From Tubiluchus corallicola (lineage: Eukaryota > Animalia > Priapulida), in contig JAQGDQ010000174.1 in assembly GCA_030141605.1 (NCBI GenBank), positions 248,001 to 312,000 on the forward strand: DNA of 64,000 nt, in the 5' to 3' direction. Positions 11,935-25,000 of this stretch are shown here, piece by piece. Below the pieces are notes generated by a model. It was not told where the DNA came from, searched no databases, and saw only the letters and a program-made list of their open reading frames with translations. Position 1 is the stretch's first letter. Each line of letters begins with the position of its first letter. The translations under genes and the position numbers were made by a program.

Positions 11935-14920
11935 TATCGAAAAATAAACAACAGACACAGAGAGAGTTAAAATATAAAAAGTGAAAAATAAACACAGTTA
12001 GTTTTCGTAAATCAAAAAGCCAAAATGCCAATTATGGATCGTAGCGCCACCTAACGAGAGCACTGGATAATAATTTGACGCTTCTGTTGGGAGTGGAGTA
12101 GGACACTAGCCGAAGTAGGATAATAGGCGTACATGGGCTAGACAAAGTAGGTCACAAATTGAGTCCTTAACCGTACTGGCAGCCGGCCAGCGGCTGATGT
12201 CTTTGTTTACTTAATAATAATTGAAAACGTCAGTACATGTTGAATAAATTATTGTACATCTGATAAAATAAAACAATGTTATTCTGACCTAGTAGAATGC
12301 CAGTATTAAATTTGGCTTTGATATTAATGTAACGGCACTAGCCATTCATTCGGATTGAGGTGGGTTGTTACGCCTTCAACGCGTGAAGATAATTTAACGT
12401 ATTATTATCATAAAATTTCAATGTAAAGGCAGGTGACTTGACCCACCTCTGACCATCTGCTCTTAACAACGCAAACCGAGAACAAGGCCTAGGCAACTAC
12501 GCAGCCTGCTGCCCATGCACGAAAATGAAGGTGGCAGCACCTTCCAATGAAGTGAAACAAGCCCGCCTTTTAGGCGGTTCCAACATTTGCTTAAGGTATG
12601 TCATTTTTTATTTTGTTTCGCTTCACAGACAGGTGATCAGTTTCACTACCTTTTGGACAAATAATTGTTTTTTACCAAGTAAACAGCCTAGCGAGCTACC
12701 TGTCCTACATAATTTCTCTCATTAAAGCTTTAGATATTTAGTTTAATGTTATGATGATATTAATGGAGCTAGTAATAATGATGATAATTATTGTAAAAAA
12801 TACATTAACTTGTCAAGGATTATCCATCATTATTACAAAGTTACTTTTTTTCAAAAGCAAATTTAGTTTTATGTTTTATTATGTCGTAATTCTTGATTCT
12901 CGACAGAAATCGCCAGTGCCCTACTTGGGCTGCCCATGTACGATACTGCTTTTCGGCAAATTTAGCACATGCGCTTTAGCGGAAGTGTCCTACTTCGGCT
13001 AATGGAGTACTCTGCGCCCTACAGCTTGCTTAGCTGTGGTCTGCGGTCACAGCAACGTAATACAGACCACACAGTTTACGGAGTTCCACAGTTACAAAAT
13101 AACAATTATCCAAGAATAAGATAACAGGGAGAAAATAATGGATGTTCCATTATCAGTTGATCAGCTGATAATCTATAGATAACGATGCACATCGGGGTGT
13201 TATAACTCCAAAAGGACCACGCAATTTTAGTGTGATACTATGGTAAAATCCTAAGTATAAATGCAAAAAATTACATATTCAACATATCTACTGAAATTAA
13301 CTTGCGTATTTTGTAAATAAAGTACAGTAAGTTCTATAAAGTATTAATTATTTGCAAAAAAATCATGACTACAAATTGTGATGCAAAAAAATGAGTTGTC
13401 ATTGTGGGCCTACATTTAGCAAATAGCAAGGGTCAAGCAGTCATCAAGCAAGACCAATGACAATTAAGAACAAAACGATCATGAAATTTGTAGTTTATTC
13501 ATTTTGGATTTGTGCCTCGGCTGTAATTTTAGTTTCCTAAGAGCTTATTAGTTGTTAAGGTTTTGACTGTTAAAAACTACGAATTTACCGAAGAGCTTTA
13601 AAAAAAGATCTTATACGGTTAAAATGGTGAAACTTTAGATATTTCATCACAGCATTTTATAGTTTTGCGCAGCTGATTATAGTATAACATTCAGTTCTCT
13701 ATGCAAACAAGCATGTTTTACCGTTTAGAGTTTTAAATTAAAATGCTTACCATTATCAAGTGGCTTGTGGCACAAACAACAACACAACAGCGGCGCGTAT
13801 GTCAATGGTGGTAAGTACTGACGACCGGACTAAAAAGGTGAATGAAGAATAAACTTATTGAATTCAACCTCAGTTTACTTTGTAAGTTTGTAGGTATGGA
13901 CGAATAGCTTTTTAATATATTAGGAATTATTGGTGTGTAAGCATACATCTATTGTAATGTTACTGAATTATTATGATGACTTTAAGTTTCATTTTCAGTG
14001 ATGAATTACTGTCTGTCTGAAAATGTGTAGTAGGTGATTTATTCGAGTAGTTACGGTCAATAATTTGCTAAAACTTTGCAGATAAGTTGGAGTAATCTCT
14101 AGATAGGTGTAACAGTTATGGTGCTAAGAAATGGGTTTATTATTTTTAGTGTTAATATTAGCTAATGTTTGAACACCTGAAAGAATGAAGGTGTGAATTA
14201 GAAAAAAACAGTTTAACTACAGAAGAAATCCAATAACAAAGAATCATAAGGAAAAACATATAAAGTGGGACTCTGAGAATCATTGTTCTGAATGGTTTGT
14301 GTGATGTCTTAAGATTATTTAAATTTTTATGCATGAGACAACAGGGCTGATGATTATGTCGTTATTATTAGCAATCATGAGGAAATTAGAAATGATTAAA
14401 GTCGACCCTATAATTTTTGTAGCTTGTGACACTTTTTGGACTCTGTATCATTTTGCTTTTTACGTGATATCATACGTGTTTAAGGATGGTTGATGAGTGC
14501 TGAGCTAGCTGAAACGAACCAAATTACGTCAAAATGTAGTACTGTGTGCGTATTGGGTCGTTGATTACTGCTGCAACTTGTTACTTGACTTAGGTTCACC
14601 ACACTTGAGTTTACGCTTAAGTGTCTCAGGTTTCTATACTAACAGCCCATTTTTGATTCACTTAATTAACGTTTCTAAAAATATGTAACAGTTAACCGAA
14701 GTTAAACAACTACGAACCCGTCACTCGGTAAGTCGATAGGTAATAAACACAAAAAACCCTTCTGTCCTCTCCGCTATTCGTCTCATTAATAAAGTCCAAG
14801 GAAACCTCCACTTACATGAAGTTTAAAAAATTCGTCTCGAAATTTTATACCACTTGCATTCTAGCTTTCCGTATGCATGGCTTGCATCGGCTGTAGCGCT
14901 GTATAAAACGTGTAAATTTA

Positions 14921-15152
14921 AACTCCTGCGATGACCGTTAGGCGCAGCCATTTTAATGGTAGGTCGTTTGAAACAAGGCTAGTGAGTGGCACACCCTGGA
15001 GGGTGAGTCAGCGACATTTTATCAATTGGCACAAACATTTCAAATTACTATTTCTAGTTACATAAGTCTTTCCAGCAGGTAAGTGAAATGCTAAGTAATA
15101 CAGATTTGCACGGAACGTTTTTTGGGGTCATAATTTAACATTGCCTTTTCTT
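14921..15152. repeat. Dispersed repeat family B, copy 1 (second copy ~32170-32392)
   Basis: Shared CAGCCATTTT..GGTAG.TCGTTTGAAACAA, GTGAGTCAG, GTTAC.TAAGTCTTT, ATGCTAAGT and TTGCCTTTTCTT blocks in the same order and orientation. Confidence 0.7.
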
Positions 15153-15889
15153 CCCCTGATTTGCGTGTCGTACTAATGTCATGTAATGATGCCGTCGGAA
15201 CAGTTTGCGGGTGATTTAAAATGAAAACAAACGAAAATTCCTTTCAACGTGAATATGATATGTGCATAAAGTTGCAGTAAAGTAGTATAATTTTTTAAGG
15301 CGATTTTTCTGAAACCTACTTCAGGTGCCCTTTTTCTTGTCCTTTAAGGAAGGATGATTGTACGCGCATTCGAATTACAGCATCTTTGCCGCACACAAGG
15401 GGATCAGTCTTTATGCTTTATAACCAACTAGATTTTGGTCCGCCAAATTCGCGATAATTAGGTCCTGCCTTTGATTGGATACCTGATGAGTTCTGTAAAA
15501 ATATTAGATAAAGAAAGCTGACGAGACAAAATGATGGCTTTTTTACTGTCACAGTCAACTCGTCTCGGTAACAGTCTTAACAAGTGGAGTGGTGTACTTG
15601 CACGTAACTGTGCACAACGGTATTGCATAATTGTGATATCGTTATTTGCAGTCTCAATGACGTTCGATTTCTTGATATCACACACGGTGATATTTATTCC
15701 TTACAAACGTTAGAGCTAGTCAGTCTGTGGTTAATTACTGTAAAATCGACAAAAATTGTTTTTCTCATAATACCATCAATGCGACAAAGCAAAAATGGCT
15801 TAAGATATTAAAATGTTAATATTCACTGGCGAGTGGTCACGACGTCGTGACTGGAAACCAAAGTTAAAAGTGATGCAGAAGTTAGTTAG

Positions 15890-16446
15890 TTAAAATAAAA
15901 TCGGACCCAATCTTAAACTGTAAGTCAAAACAACCTACTCTCTAAAATATTGAAAGGAAACATACTATTTTTTTCAAAAATGACTTACGTGAAAGAATTT
16001 TTACCACACAAACCCGTTCGCGCCACTAATTTTTTGCTATTACTTGCATTTCGTCATTCGATAGTTAGACGGGGCACTAGCACCTGCATTTCGAAAAGGC
16101 GTTGCTCAGTTCAGCTGTGTTAGTTTGTGACGAACTACACACAATCGACAGCTCATACGTGAGCACAGCGGTAACTTTGAAATTTGAATTTTTATTTTAA
16201 ATCTTTCTTAGTTTTAGTACAACACACTGAATATCTTACAGTAGCAGTGTACTTCAATTTTCGGTTTTGCAAACACGTGCAACACGCTTGAGGAATATTT
16301 TTGCTATTGGAAATTACGTTAGTTTGAGATGTCAATCTCAAGCCCGCTGTTAATTAAGTTTTTAATCTATTATTTAATTATCAGAAACGCTTTTATCGGA
16401 CTTGAAAATGGGGTTGCATATGAAAAATCATCCTGTCTTCATTTAA
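15890..16446. mobile_element. TTAA-flanked non-autonomous element, family C copy 1
   Basis: Colinear over ~550 bp with 28281-28905 (e.g. AAAATGACTTACGTGAAAGAAT, GTGTTAGTTT.TGACGAA, GAAAAATCAT.CTGTCTTC). TTAA at both ends. Confidence 0.7.
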
Positions 16447-17111
16447 TGGATGTGTGAACTGCTTCAGTGCTCATCTAAATGGTTTGCGCTGCTATTTACT
16501 CATAGAAGAAGGATGTACACACATTCTAACGTGGATAAAAAGCCTCTGTCGATTCAGTGGCCCCTTAAAAAGGCACATTAAAGTCAGATAATTTAATGCC
16601 GTCTCGCTATGAACATCAAAATCGAGTGTGTAGGCCCTGTTAATGAATGCTGGATTTCGACTTGCTTTATATAAAAATGAAAAAAATGTAAATGGGTGGT
16701 TAATGGGTATGCTTTAATTATCTTATCAAACATCATCTTGTACAAAATTACAATTTCTGTTTGTCAAACTTAAATAAATAAAATATTCGCTGTTATTGTT
16801 AGTTTTCGTATATATTATTCTTGTAGTTTTTTTAGTTTTATAATTTAATATTAATTAGCAAAAAATGATGCTATAACAACAGTTGCACAAAAAACGTGCA
16901 TTACAACAACATGAAAATTATTTGACTAGATGGCTATAGGCAGTTTTTACATAATTTTTGGCATACATATGCAATTCCAGTTTGAGGGCGAAGCTGAAAG
17001 CTCAAACAAACAAACAAAATTTTTTAAATTATGCTTTTCGGTAACCTTGCAATGCAGGGGCTTCAAATAGCAAACCTAACGGGCTCGGTATCTAGTAATC
17101 AGAGCCGTATG

Positions 17112-18046
17112 TCAGGAAGTTTTAGACGTGATCACTTCGTTATTATTAGCAAATTTTGGCGGGATGGCAATTTGTGGGCTGCCGTGTCTAGGCTTCCATA
17201 TTAACATTTGAGCATTGTTTGCACTAGGTGCTCGAAGTGCGCATGGGGGCATTTGAATGTTGTTGCTGAGAACAACGGGCTGAGCCTGATCAGGAGGACT
17301 GACTAGAACAGCTCTTTGAGAAAGCGGCATCTTTGGGTTAACGCTGATCTCTAGCCTCATTCGCCATTGGATTGTCTTCAGCACTATGATTTGTCCAGTT
17401 TTGTTGTTTCTGGCCACTAGCCACGTGTTAAAACTTTGATCACGCAAAATACGAGTTAACTTCGGTATGCAATGGTCGCCCAGAGGAATGTCCCAAGTAA
17501 CGCACGGATAAAAGTTGTCGTTCATGCTCACGTGACCGACCGACCATTTGGGGTGTGGCCCTCGAACACTGAATATTTCTGTGGTCGCACCGTACCAAGG
17601 ATAATGTCTGCCGTCAGAATCACTTATGGCAGAGCACATGTTGTCCGTTAACTGTGGTATTTCCCAGCTTGACCTAGAAGCAAAATAAGATTTCATAAAG
17701 CAAACAAAGACATAGCATATTTTCGTGTTTCCATTTTTGAAAGTTGCATTCTGATACAGTACTTTTAATGCTGCCTGTACATAAAAAAGTGACCACTTTT
17801 TATTTGAGCATTTCAGTTAATCTGAAAAGTACCATGTAGATAGTTTTGGTCGTAGAAAAACAAATTCTGCAAACAATTTCCAGCATTCACTAAACTATGG
17901 TAACTAAATTATGGAAATGTCTTTTTTGTTTTTTGCATTGAACTCTCAAGTCAGAATGATTGACCGAGAGTTCATATTTCGGCATTACTTAATCACATTT
18001 TAGTTAACGAACAGCGAAAAAAGGCAGATAAAAATAGATTGAAAAT

Positions 18047-18104
<58 letters not shown>

Positions 18105-20116
18105 AAGTACTCACTCCCCGATATTACCATAAGTATTAATGAAAGCCATTTTTGTACAAGCTTGGACCCACCCCACAGTCCAGTTCTCCCCCTCCGGGAT
18201 GGGCGGAAAGCGTACCGTAGCGGAAGCTCTGAAATGAGAAGGCATAAATTTTGTTAAAAGTATTTTGCATTTGCACTTGCAAAAATGTATAATTTTCCCT
18301 CCTTACCTTCACAGCTGATTACTTCTGGATGAGCTCGAGGGTTTAATAATGTAACAAAGACAACAGTGCTTTAAGAATGAAGTCAGACTGCATCGAAACG
18401 TAAGGATTCATGCGTTTCCGTGTTATCAACAATAGCCGCTGTCTTCGTTATATCATTAAGACTCATCTTATCTTGTCGTAGCGCTCGTTACTTATTTATA
18501 GAATTGCTTGCATTGCCGCGTCAACACTGCAAACTAAATTGCAAAAATCTCAAAGTGACACAATTCTGAGTGCCTGTAGTTTTGGCGCTACCAATTTTCA
18601 AGCAGAAAATAAAAAACAAATACTATTTCCAAATTTGTATTATTTCACCTTTAGTTCTTCATTCCCTAGCTCATCAAGTTTCAGCTCATTCATAAGTAGG
18701 TCTATTTTTCGCTTGTTGGACAAAGTAAGGTTCTTCAGTCCACTATCTATCACAGCACTATCTTTAACGAACTTATAATATGCTTTATGCTGTTTGTTCC
18801 TTTAATTTTTGGTGGCTCGACTCCCACCTCAACACGCAAGTTTCTTGTCGATATTTACTCTTTGCGATATGAAAATTTACACTTAACAACAAGCGCCTTC
18901 TGTACTATAAAATTAATAAAGGTGCCTTATACAATTAAGTTATTACAACAAAGTGGGCGGGGGCAGCCATGCAAAGTTGCATACATGTTTTGAAACTTAA
19001 CTCCTTATGTTTTAAAAATTCATATGAAATATCTGCTTCGGGTTTTGCGAATAGCGCGTAGGCTTCTTTGTGGCAGGACAGCGCTAGCAAAGCATACAGC
19101 CTCAACAGCAGGCACGAGAACAAAGTTTGCCTTCCAAGTAGTAATATTAGACTAGTCACTAGACCAGATGCTAAATATAGCCGTAGCTCATGAACCCAAA
19201 TGCCTTCACTAGAGTTCTCTTACAGATCATGTATCTAGTTGTAAATTTGCTAAATTCTATTGCAATAATTAGAACTAAGCTTAAAAGAGAAAGTTAATTT
19301 GCCATATTTCGGAGAAAGTTTTCAGATCATTGTCAATCATTTGAACATTTTGCTAAGTTTTAATTTAACCCAACGTTCCGATGAGTAAAAATAATTCAAA
19401 ATCACTAGCGCATGCTTTTACGTTACACCTACACCGACACAGTAAAGAAATTGCAAAATGAATAAGCTAGAAATTTGGAATGAAAAGAATCATGCGCAAA
19501 ATTAGGATTTGAAACCTATGAGTCTGCAATGAGTAAATTAATATTACACTAAATAATGCATTACAAATTTTATAAGTCTAAATTACAGAATTAAAAATAA
19601 TAATCAAACGTGTTTATAGATTTTAAAGATTTTTATAGTGTTTTTTATTTTGTACTTTTGGTGTCCAAGAATAAAGACGAAAAAACAATTTATAAGCCTA
19701 CTAGGCATGCATTTACTATAAGTGTATTTTAATCAACAATTTTTGTGGATACTGCTAAATGGAAAACGACGTGTTTTGCCATTTAATTAGGCCTACTAAA
19801 GGTTTTACTTTGTACTTATAAACAGTAACAAAACACGTAGTAAGAATTTCCATCCACTCTCCAAAAAGGATAAGTATTCTAAAGTTTGTATAAAATCACG
19901 AGCTTATTCATTGGTAAAAACATACACTATTCGTAATTATTTAGCTTATTAAATGGTGCCTGCATACCTGAAATGAGGCGTCTTATACTTGAGCACGATA
20001 TTAGATGATTCGTCAATAATGGTAGGACGCCGGTCAATTCTCGCTTTCACATTGCTCACTTTAATGTTTGTCTCCGATGGAACACGCATCTTGTCCTTGC
20101 TGAGCCCAAGGCCCAT
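17112..20116 (-). CDS. FAM78: FAM78 family protein, 3 coding exons, 274 aa
   Basis: Exons 20116-19968, 18228-18115, 17673-17112 (825 nt, phase-consistent). Diagnostic FAM78 motifs VLKYKTPHFRASA, WTVGWVQAC, AISDSDG..YPWYG.TTE, SMNDNFYP.VTW, RDQSF.TWLVA, A.NAQ.L.W.P. N-terminus MGLGLS. Confidence 0.93.
18049..18101. repeat. (GA)n microsatellite in FAM78 intron
   Basis: Perfect AG dinucleotide run. Confidence 0.98.
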
Positions 20117-21415
20117 CCTGCCACGCGTACTTGCTAAGCCATTGCATATACAAGTCGCTTCCTGGTCTTGAAGAAGCTGAGAGGTTGAACGAAATTTAAG
20201 AAACCTTACATTATCACATACAATTGCACTACTTTCGTTCAGGGTTATTTAATAATGATATATGTACAATATTTCTTAGCCTATACCATGCACTTTTTAC
20301 AGTTTTAACTTTAAAAACTTGAGCGATCAAAGTTTTTATAGTGCTAATGAAATTACTACGCACAAAAATTACAGCTGGTCTCCATATTTGTTAGAAGCCA
20401 AGTCTGGCTCCAACAGGAACAGCTGCCAGCCACTTTGAGAAACTGCATGACAGCTTATGCCCCCTTACATCGGAATTTCTCATGTTCACAACATAGGTAT
20501 TTGACTGAGCAACTTTTATGTCGGGGTTTCATGAATTTTAATTTTAATATGTTTTAGCTGCTTTAAGCATGCAAATAATTGAATGAACATATGCATTAAT
20601 TAAGCTATTGCACATAAGAGTGTAACGAATCGAGGTTGGAAAAGTAACATTCTCCAACTGAACACTGACTTTCCACAAAGTAGGATAAAAATCATTCTTT
20701 GTACGTTCGAAAAGCTGCAAAAATTTCTGCAAGTCCTCTTTTGAGTAAAATAATTTGTGTAGTGGTTGCGTTAAAATCTGCTTATTATAGCTGTTATAGC
20801 TGCTTGCTGATTATTGTTGTTTATTGTGTGGCGTGTGAGACAGCCACAATTGGCATGGCAAACTATCAAGACTTTATTTAATAAACTACACATTTATTAA
20901 ATATCAAACACGATAAACCTAATAGGATAGTAATGCCAGCCCTCCGTCTTCAAGTCAGTTCCTAATCTCCCAAGGTGCGGGCTTCAAAGCACTTTTGTCT
21001 AACTACCTAATACGCGATGAGCTGCTGCAAAACAATCTACGTACTTAAGGAGTAGTTGACTGAGTCTATCTTTAATTACAGGGACCGAGATATTATCTAA
21101 TTTTAGTTCATTCAACAAACTTTCGGTAGCATGATATTAACTACTGCTGTTGAATACATTTTTGTAATCGTTTCCGTCTGCGACGTTTAGTAGTGACTTT
21201 ATCTGTCTCGTTTTCGTCAAACATTTAATCTTGAATTATTAATTTAATAATTTTATCACCAGTTTAATCAAAATCACTATTTAGAACGGCTGTCCTTTAC
21301 TATTTGTTATTGGCCTAATACTGAGAAACTCTCACTGACCAAGGCTTTTGCACAACGGCAATTTATTACATTTTCATGACCATATAATCAAACATCTTTT
21401 TGCAGAAAATCCTAC

Positions 21416-21900
21416 CTGTCCAAGACGAATGGAGGCAGCTTTTCGACGAAGTTGATCTCCGTCTTTCCGCCGAACTTCCCGGTTACGGCTCACGGCTTCC
21501 TATTGGGCCTTGCGGTGTTGTTCTTCCAGCAACGGCCTCATGGACGCAGGGTCTCCTTGTTTGGAATCCCTCCTGACTAATATGACAGCAACAATGGATG
21601 TACGTCAGTTCCATTCTTACGTAGGTCTATATTACAGACAATGCGACATCATCGTACAATGTCCATGGACAAATGGTAGGTTTGGCTGCCTAGGAGAACT
21701 TCCTGGTTACGGTTGCTGAGTGCAAAGGCGTTTATAGTGACAGTACAAGATAACGACGAACATGGCGCTGGTGTAAATGTGGTGTCATTGAAGAAGTAAT
21801 ACACAATTAGAAATTGCAACGAACATAAAAAACATTTAGCTTTGAGACACGCAATATTTTCAAAAGGTATTTTCATTAATCGCAGTAAGCCTACAAGTTT
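21416..21900. promoter_or_regulatory. Probable bidirectional promoter / 5' exon region between FAM78 (-) and the CCDC151-like gene (+)
   Basis: Locally GC-richer. Minus-strand donor CAG|GTAGG at 21416/21415 pairs with acceptor at 20177 upstream of the FAM78 ATG. Plus-strand acceptor at 22031 precedes the CCDC151-like ATG. Duplicated GAACTTCCYGGTTACGGYT motif at 21472 and 21696. Confidence 0.5.
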
Positions 21901-22038
21901 AGGTCTAGTTAATGCTGACTATAAATAACTAGGTTTTATTCTTCTGTATAATAGCCAACAATTTCAAGTTTCTTATTTTGATTAAGTTCGATCTTACTTA
22001 GAAGCTTGTTCTTTTTGCTTTATCTTTCTAGGTTTATT

Positions 22039-25000
22039 ATGGAGCAGGCGCAGCAGACAGCACCCGCACTAACCTTAAAAAAGGACGAATATCCGACCGA
22101 AAGTGCTATCGAGGAAATAAAATTGAAGTTGTCATTGAAAGGTTGGGGTTAAGGTTCACTATGTAACAAAAAGTTCATTATGTAACAAAACAGCATTACG
22201 TAACAAAAACACTGCATTACGTACTAACAAGTGATTGTGTAACAAATTCTACGCCATTATGTAACAATTTTTGCATTATTGTGTAACAGTCGCTATTTAA
22301 CACGACGGTCACAGTATATGGCTGGATTTTGTATGGTTTCAACTTTCTTTATGGTATAATTAGTGAAATGGGTCAATTTCTTTCTGTTCTATTTGTAGTT
22401 CTGACTCCAGCTCGTTCTTGTCTACGAGCAGGGCCTATTTCGGGGGGGGGGGAGAAGTGGGGATACTTCCCCGGGGCCTCACCCTCCAAGGGGGCCTCGT
22501 GCCTAGGTAACATTTTTTTGCTTTATGCGAACATACTGCCTCCTCGCTATTTTCTCTTCGAAAATGCTTCTCTGGCGTTTTACCAGTTCAAAAATTTTCT
22601 GGGCGTCAACCATGGTGGCGCCCGCATCCGGCGCTTTGTGCCCCCCCCACTTCCCCTCGCTTAGGCTGAAATAGGCCCTGTCTACTAGTACTCTGTACGG
22701 ACTCTGGTTTGTCTGACGTCTCATCTATCAGATGTCTGCTCTGTGACTGCTTTGTTTGCGGTCTGATCTACAATCATCTGTTTAAGATCTGATCTATCAG
22801 TGGTCTTTGACAAGCCTGCCTGGAATTAGATCTGTCTAGGATCTAATGCACCAGAAAATTGTTACTGGTTCTGGCCTGTCTGAAGTCTAATCTGTCAGAG
22901 GTGTGATCTGGCTGGGTTTGGATCCAAATTGAACCGAATTAAAAATTGTGCTCCTTTATGGCCTACGAATTAGACCACAGTAGGCCTATATGTACGTGTA
23001 TGCAAAATAACAAGTTCCTATGAAGGACTTTTTTGCTTGTGATTGTTTTCAAAAACAAACGTGTACAAGGATTTCCTCACCAACATGACTGAGAACTATA
23101 AATCCATACCAGGTTAAAAATAGTTTTTTTTTTCGTTTGAAACTATTTCTCGTATTTATAAACCTAAATTCCATGTCAAACCAACTCAACCGCTGACTGA
23201 TCAGGCTCAGACAGACCAGACTTCTATATTCCAGACCTTAGACAGTGATCAGACAGTCAGGGTAGTGTTCACTAAAGCGTGTCTGTTTTCCGGTTGGGCT
23301 ACTCTTGAGGGCTTACCACATGTTCCTGATCATGAACTATGTTCAGATGCCATTTCTCTAATACGCTTTTTAATTGCAGCGCGGAGTAATAAGATGCACA
23401 TCGACCAAGCAGCACTAACTAAAAAGAGACAACAGGAAAAAATATTCAATTTACAAAACGAAAACAGGAAATATCTACTGGACATTGCTGAAATAAATAA
23501 GGTATTGCCCTCAAAGAAATTGGTTACGTAGTAGACTTGACTGCAACTGCTTGTCAATCAACTTATAAAATTCATGTACGTGGCGCCATCTGTCGCACTA
23601 ATGTAAACCTTTTAGTTTCAAGCCAGCTTTCAGTCAGTTATCTGTCAGTCACCTGTCTGTTCCTTACATGTACTGTAAACAATCGAGTTAATGCACTTAA
23701 TATGGGACATTTTGTGCTGATTTTTGTTGCAATAAAGTATTTTAGTGGTATTAACTTCTGTTGGAAACGTTTCTGTGATTACAGTTGCTAAAGTAAAAAT
23801 CCTATAAATATAAAATATCTTGTTTGCTGATTTATTAATTTTAGCATTTGTAACTTGCACTTTTTAACTTTCCAAAATTTGTAAAAAAAAATGTGATTAT
23901 AACAGTGTAAAAAGGCCCAGAATCCCTCTATAAGGAAGGTTCACATGGAAATTTCCCTGCCTTCAGTGTAGGGCAGCAGATTACTGATATTCGATAGTCA
24001 GACATTCGGCATCATTTATGCACAGTTTGGTAACAGCTTGATCGCTGTTTTACTCTCTTGGATTGACCACAGCTCAACAACAACATTTCGAAAATTTTGC
24101 CTTAGTTGTCTGTAGTGTAGTACCTAAAAGGTACACTAATCCCATATAGGCAGAATGCATTCAAGAATTTATTGCAATACTGGAACATTTCATCTAGGTG
24201 ACTGTACCAAAATCAAAGCCAGGTTGGAAAAGTGATCGCTCGGGTGTTAATGAAGAAGTTATTGCAAAGGCAGAAGAGTTGAATTCACTCCTGCATGAAC
24301 GCCACAGCAAGAGACAGTATCTTCGAAAGTTAAAGGTGATCGAAAGTAGCAAAACAAATATTCCAGGCAAAAATGACAACTACTAGATGCAAAAAAAAAT
24401 CGTCTACTGACATTAAGTTAGTAACATTGTTACCTTTATCGATTCATTAATATTTAATAGTCGCTTATTTGTCAATTTGGCTACCCAACTAGACGCCAAA
24501 TAGGTTGAAACAGGAAGGGTACGTTTGTTTGCCAAAGATTGTTTGCTTGTACCGTTAATTACTTAAGTTAAACAGTATACTTTAGCAGATAAAAACAAGA
24601 AGGATATCTTACAATAAAAAGATATAACGGTTGTTGTAATAGTCAAAAATACGAGTCAATGTCAAGCCTGAATTTGCCTTTTTTTGCCATGCAACTTGCA
24701 AGCGCCTTTGCCTTGCAGGCTCCACCATACTGTCAAACAGTTAAAATGTAGCAGCTGAGGCAATGCAAATCAGATTAAAATGTTCTGATTTTTGTGGAAA
24801 TTTCCAAAACAATCAATATTCAACAACAATGATCCTAACTTAGTAACCTGTAAGGAACAGTTTGTAATACTTTTGACAAAACAAATTTGGTAGGTATATA
24901 ATGAGATGCGAAGACGTCTCGATGTTCACGAAGATTGTCACAGCGGTAATTTCACAGCAAGTTCAAAAGGAGAGCGTGGATCCACGTCAAAACAATATGG

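Noticed and set aside
13973-14020. C-box/D-box-like ATGATGA...CTGA
   Set aside because: Too short for a C/D snoRNA, no terminal stem and no host gene identified.
18306-18860. Coding-looking minus-strand stretches and donors within FAM78 intron 1
   Set aside because: Frames are interrupted by stops and are not phase-compatible with the next FAM78 exon.
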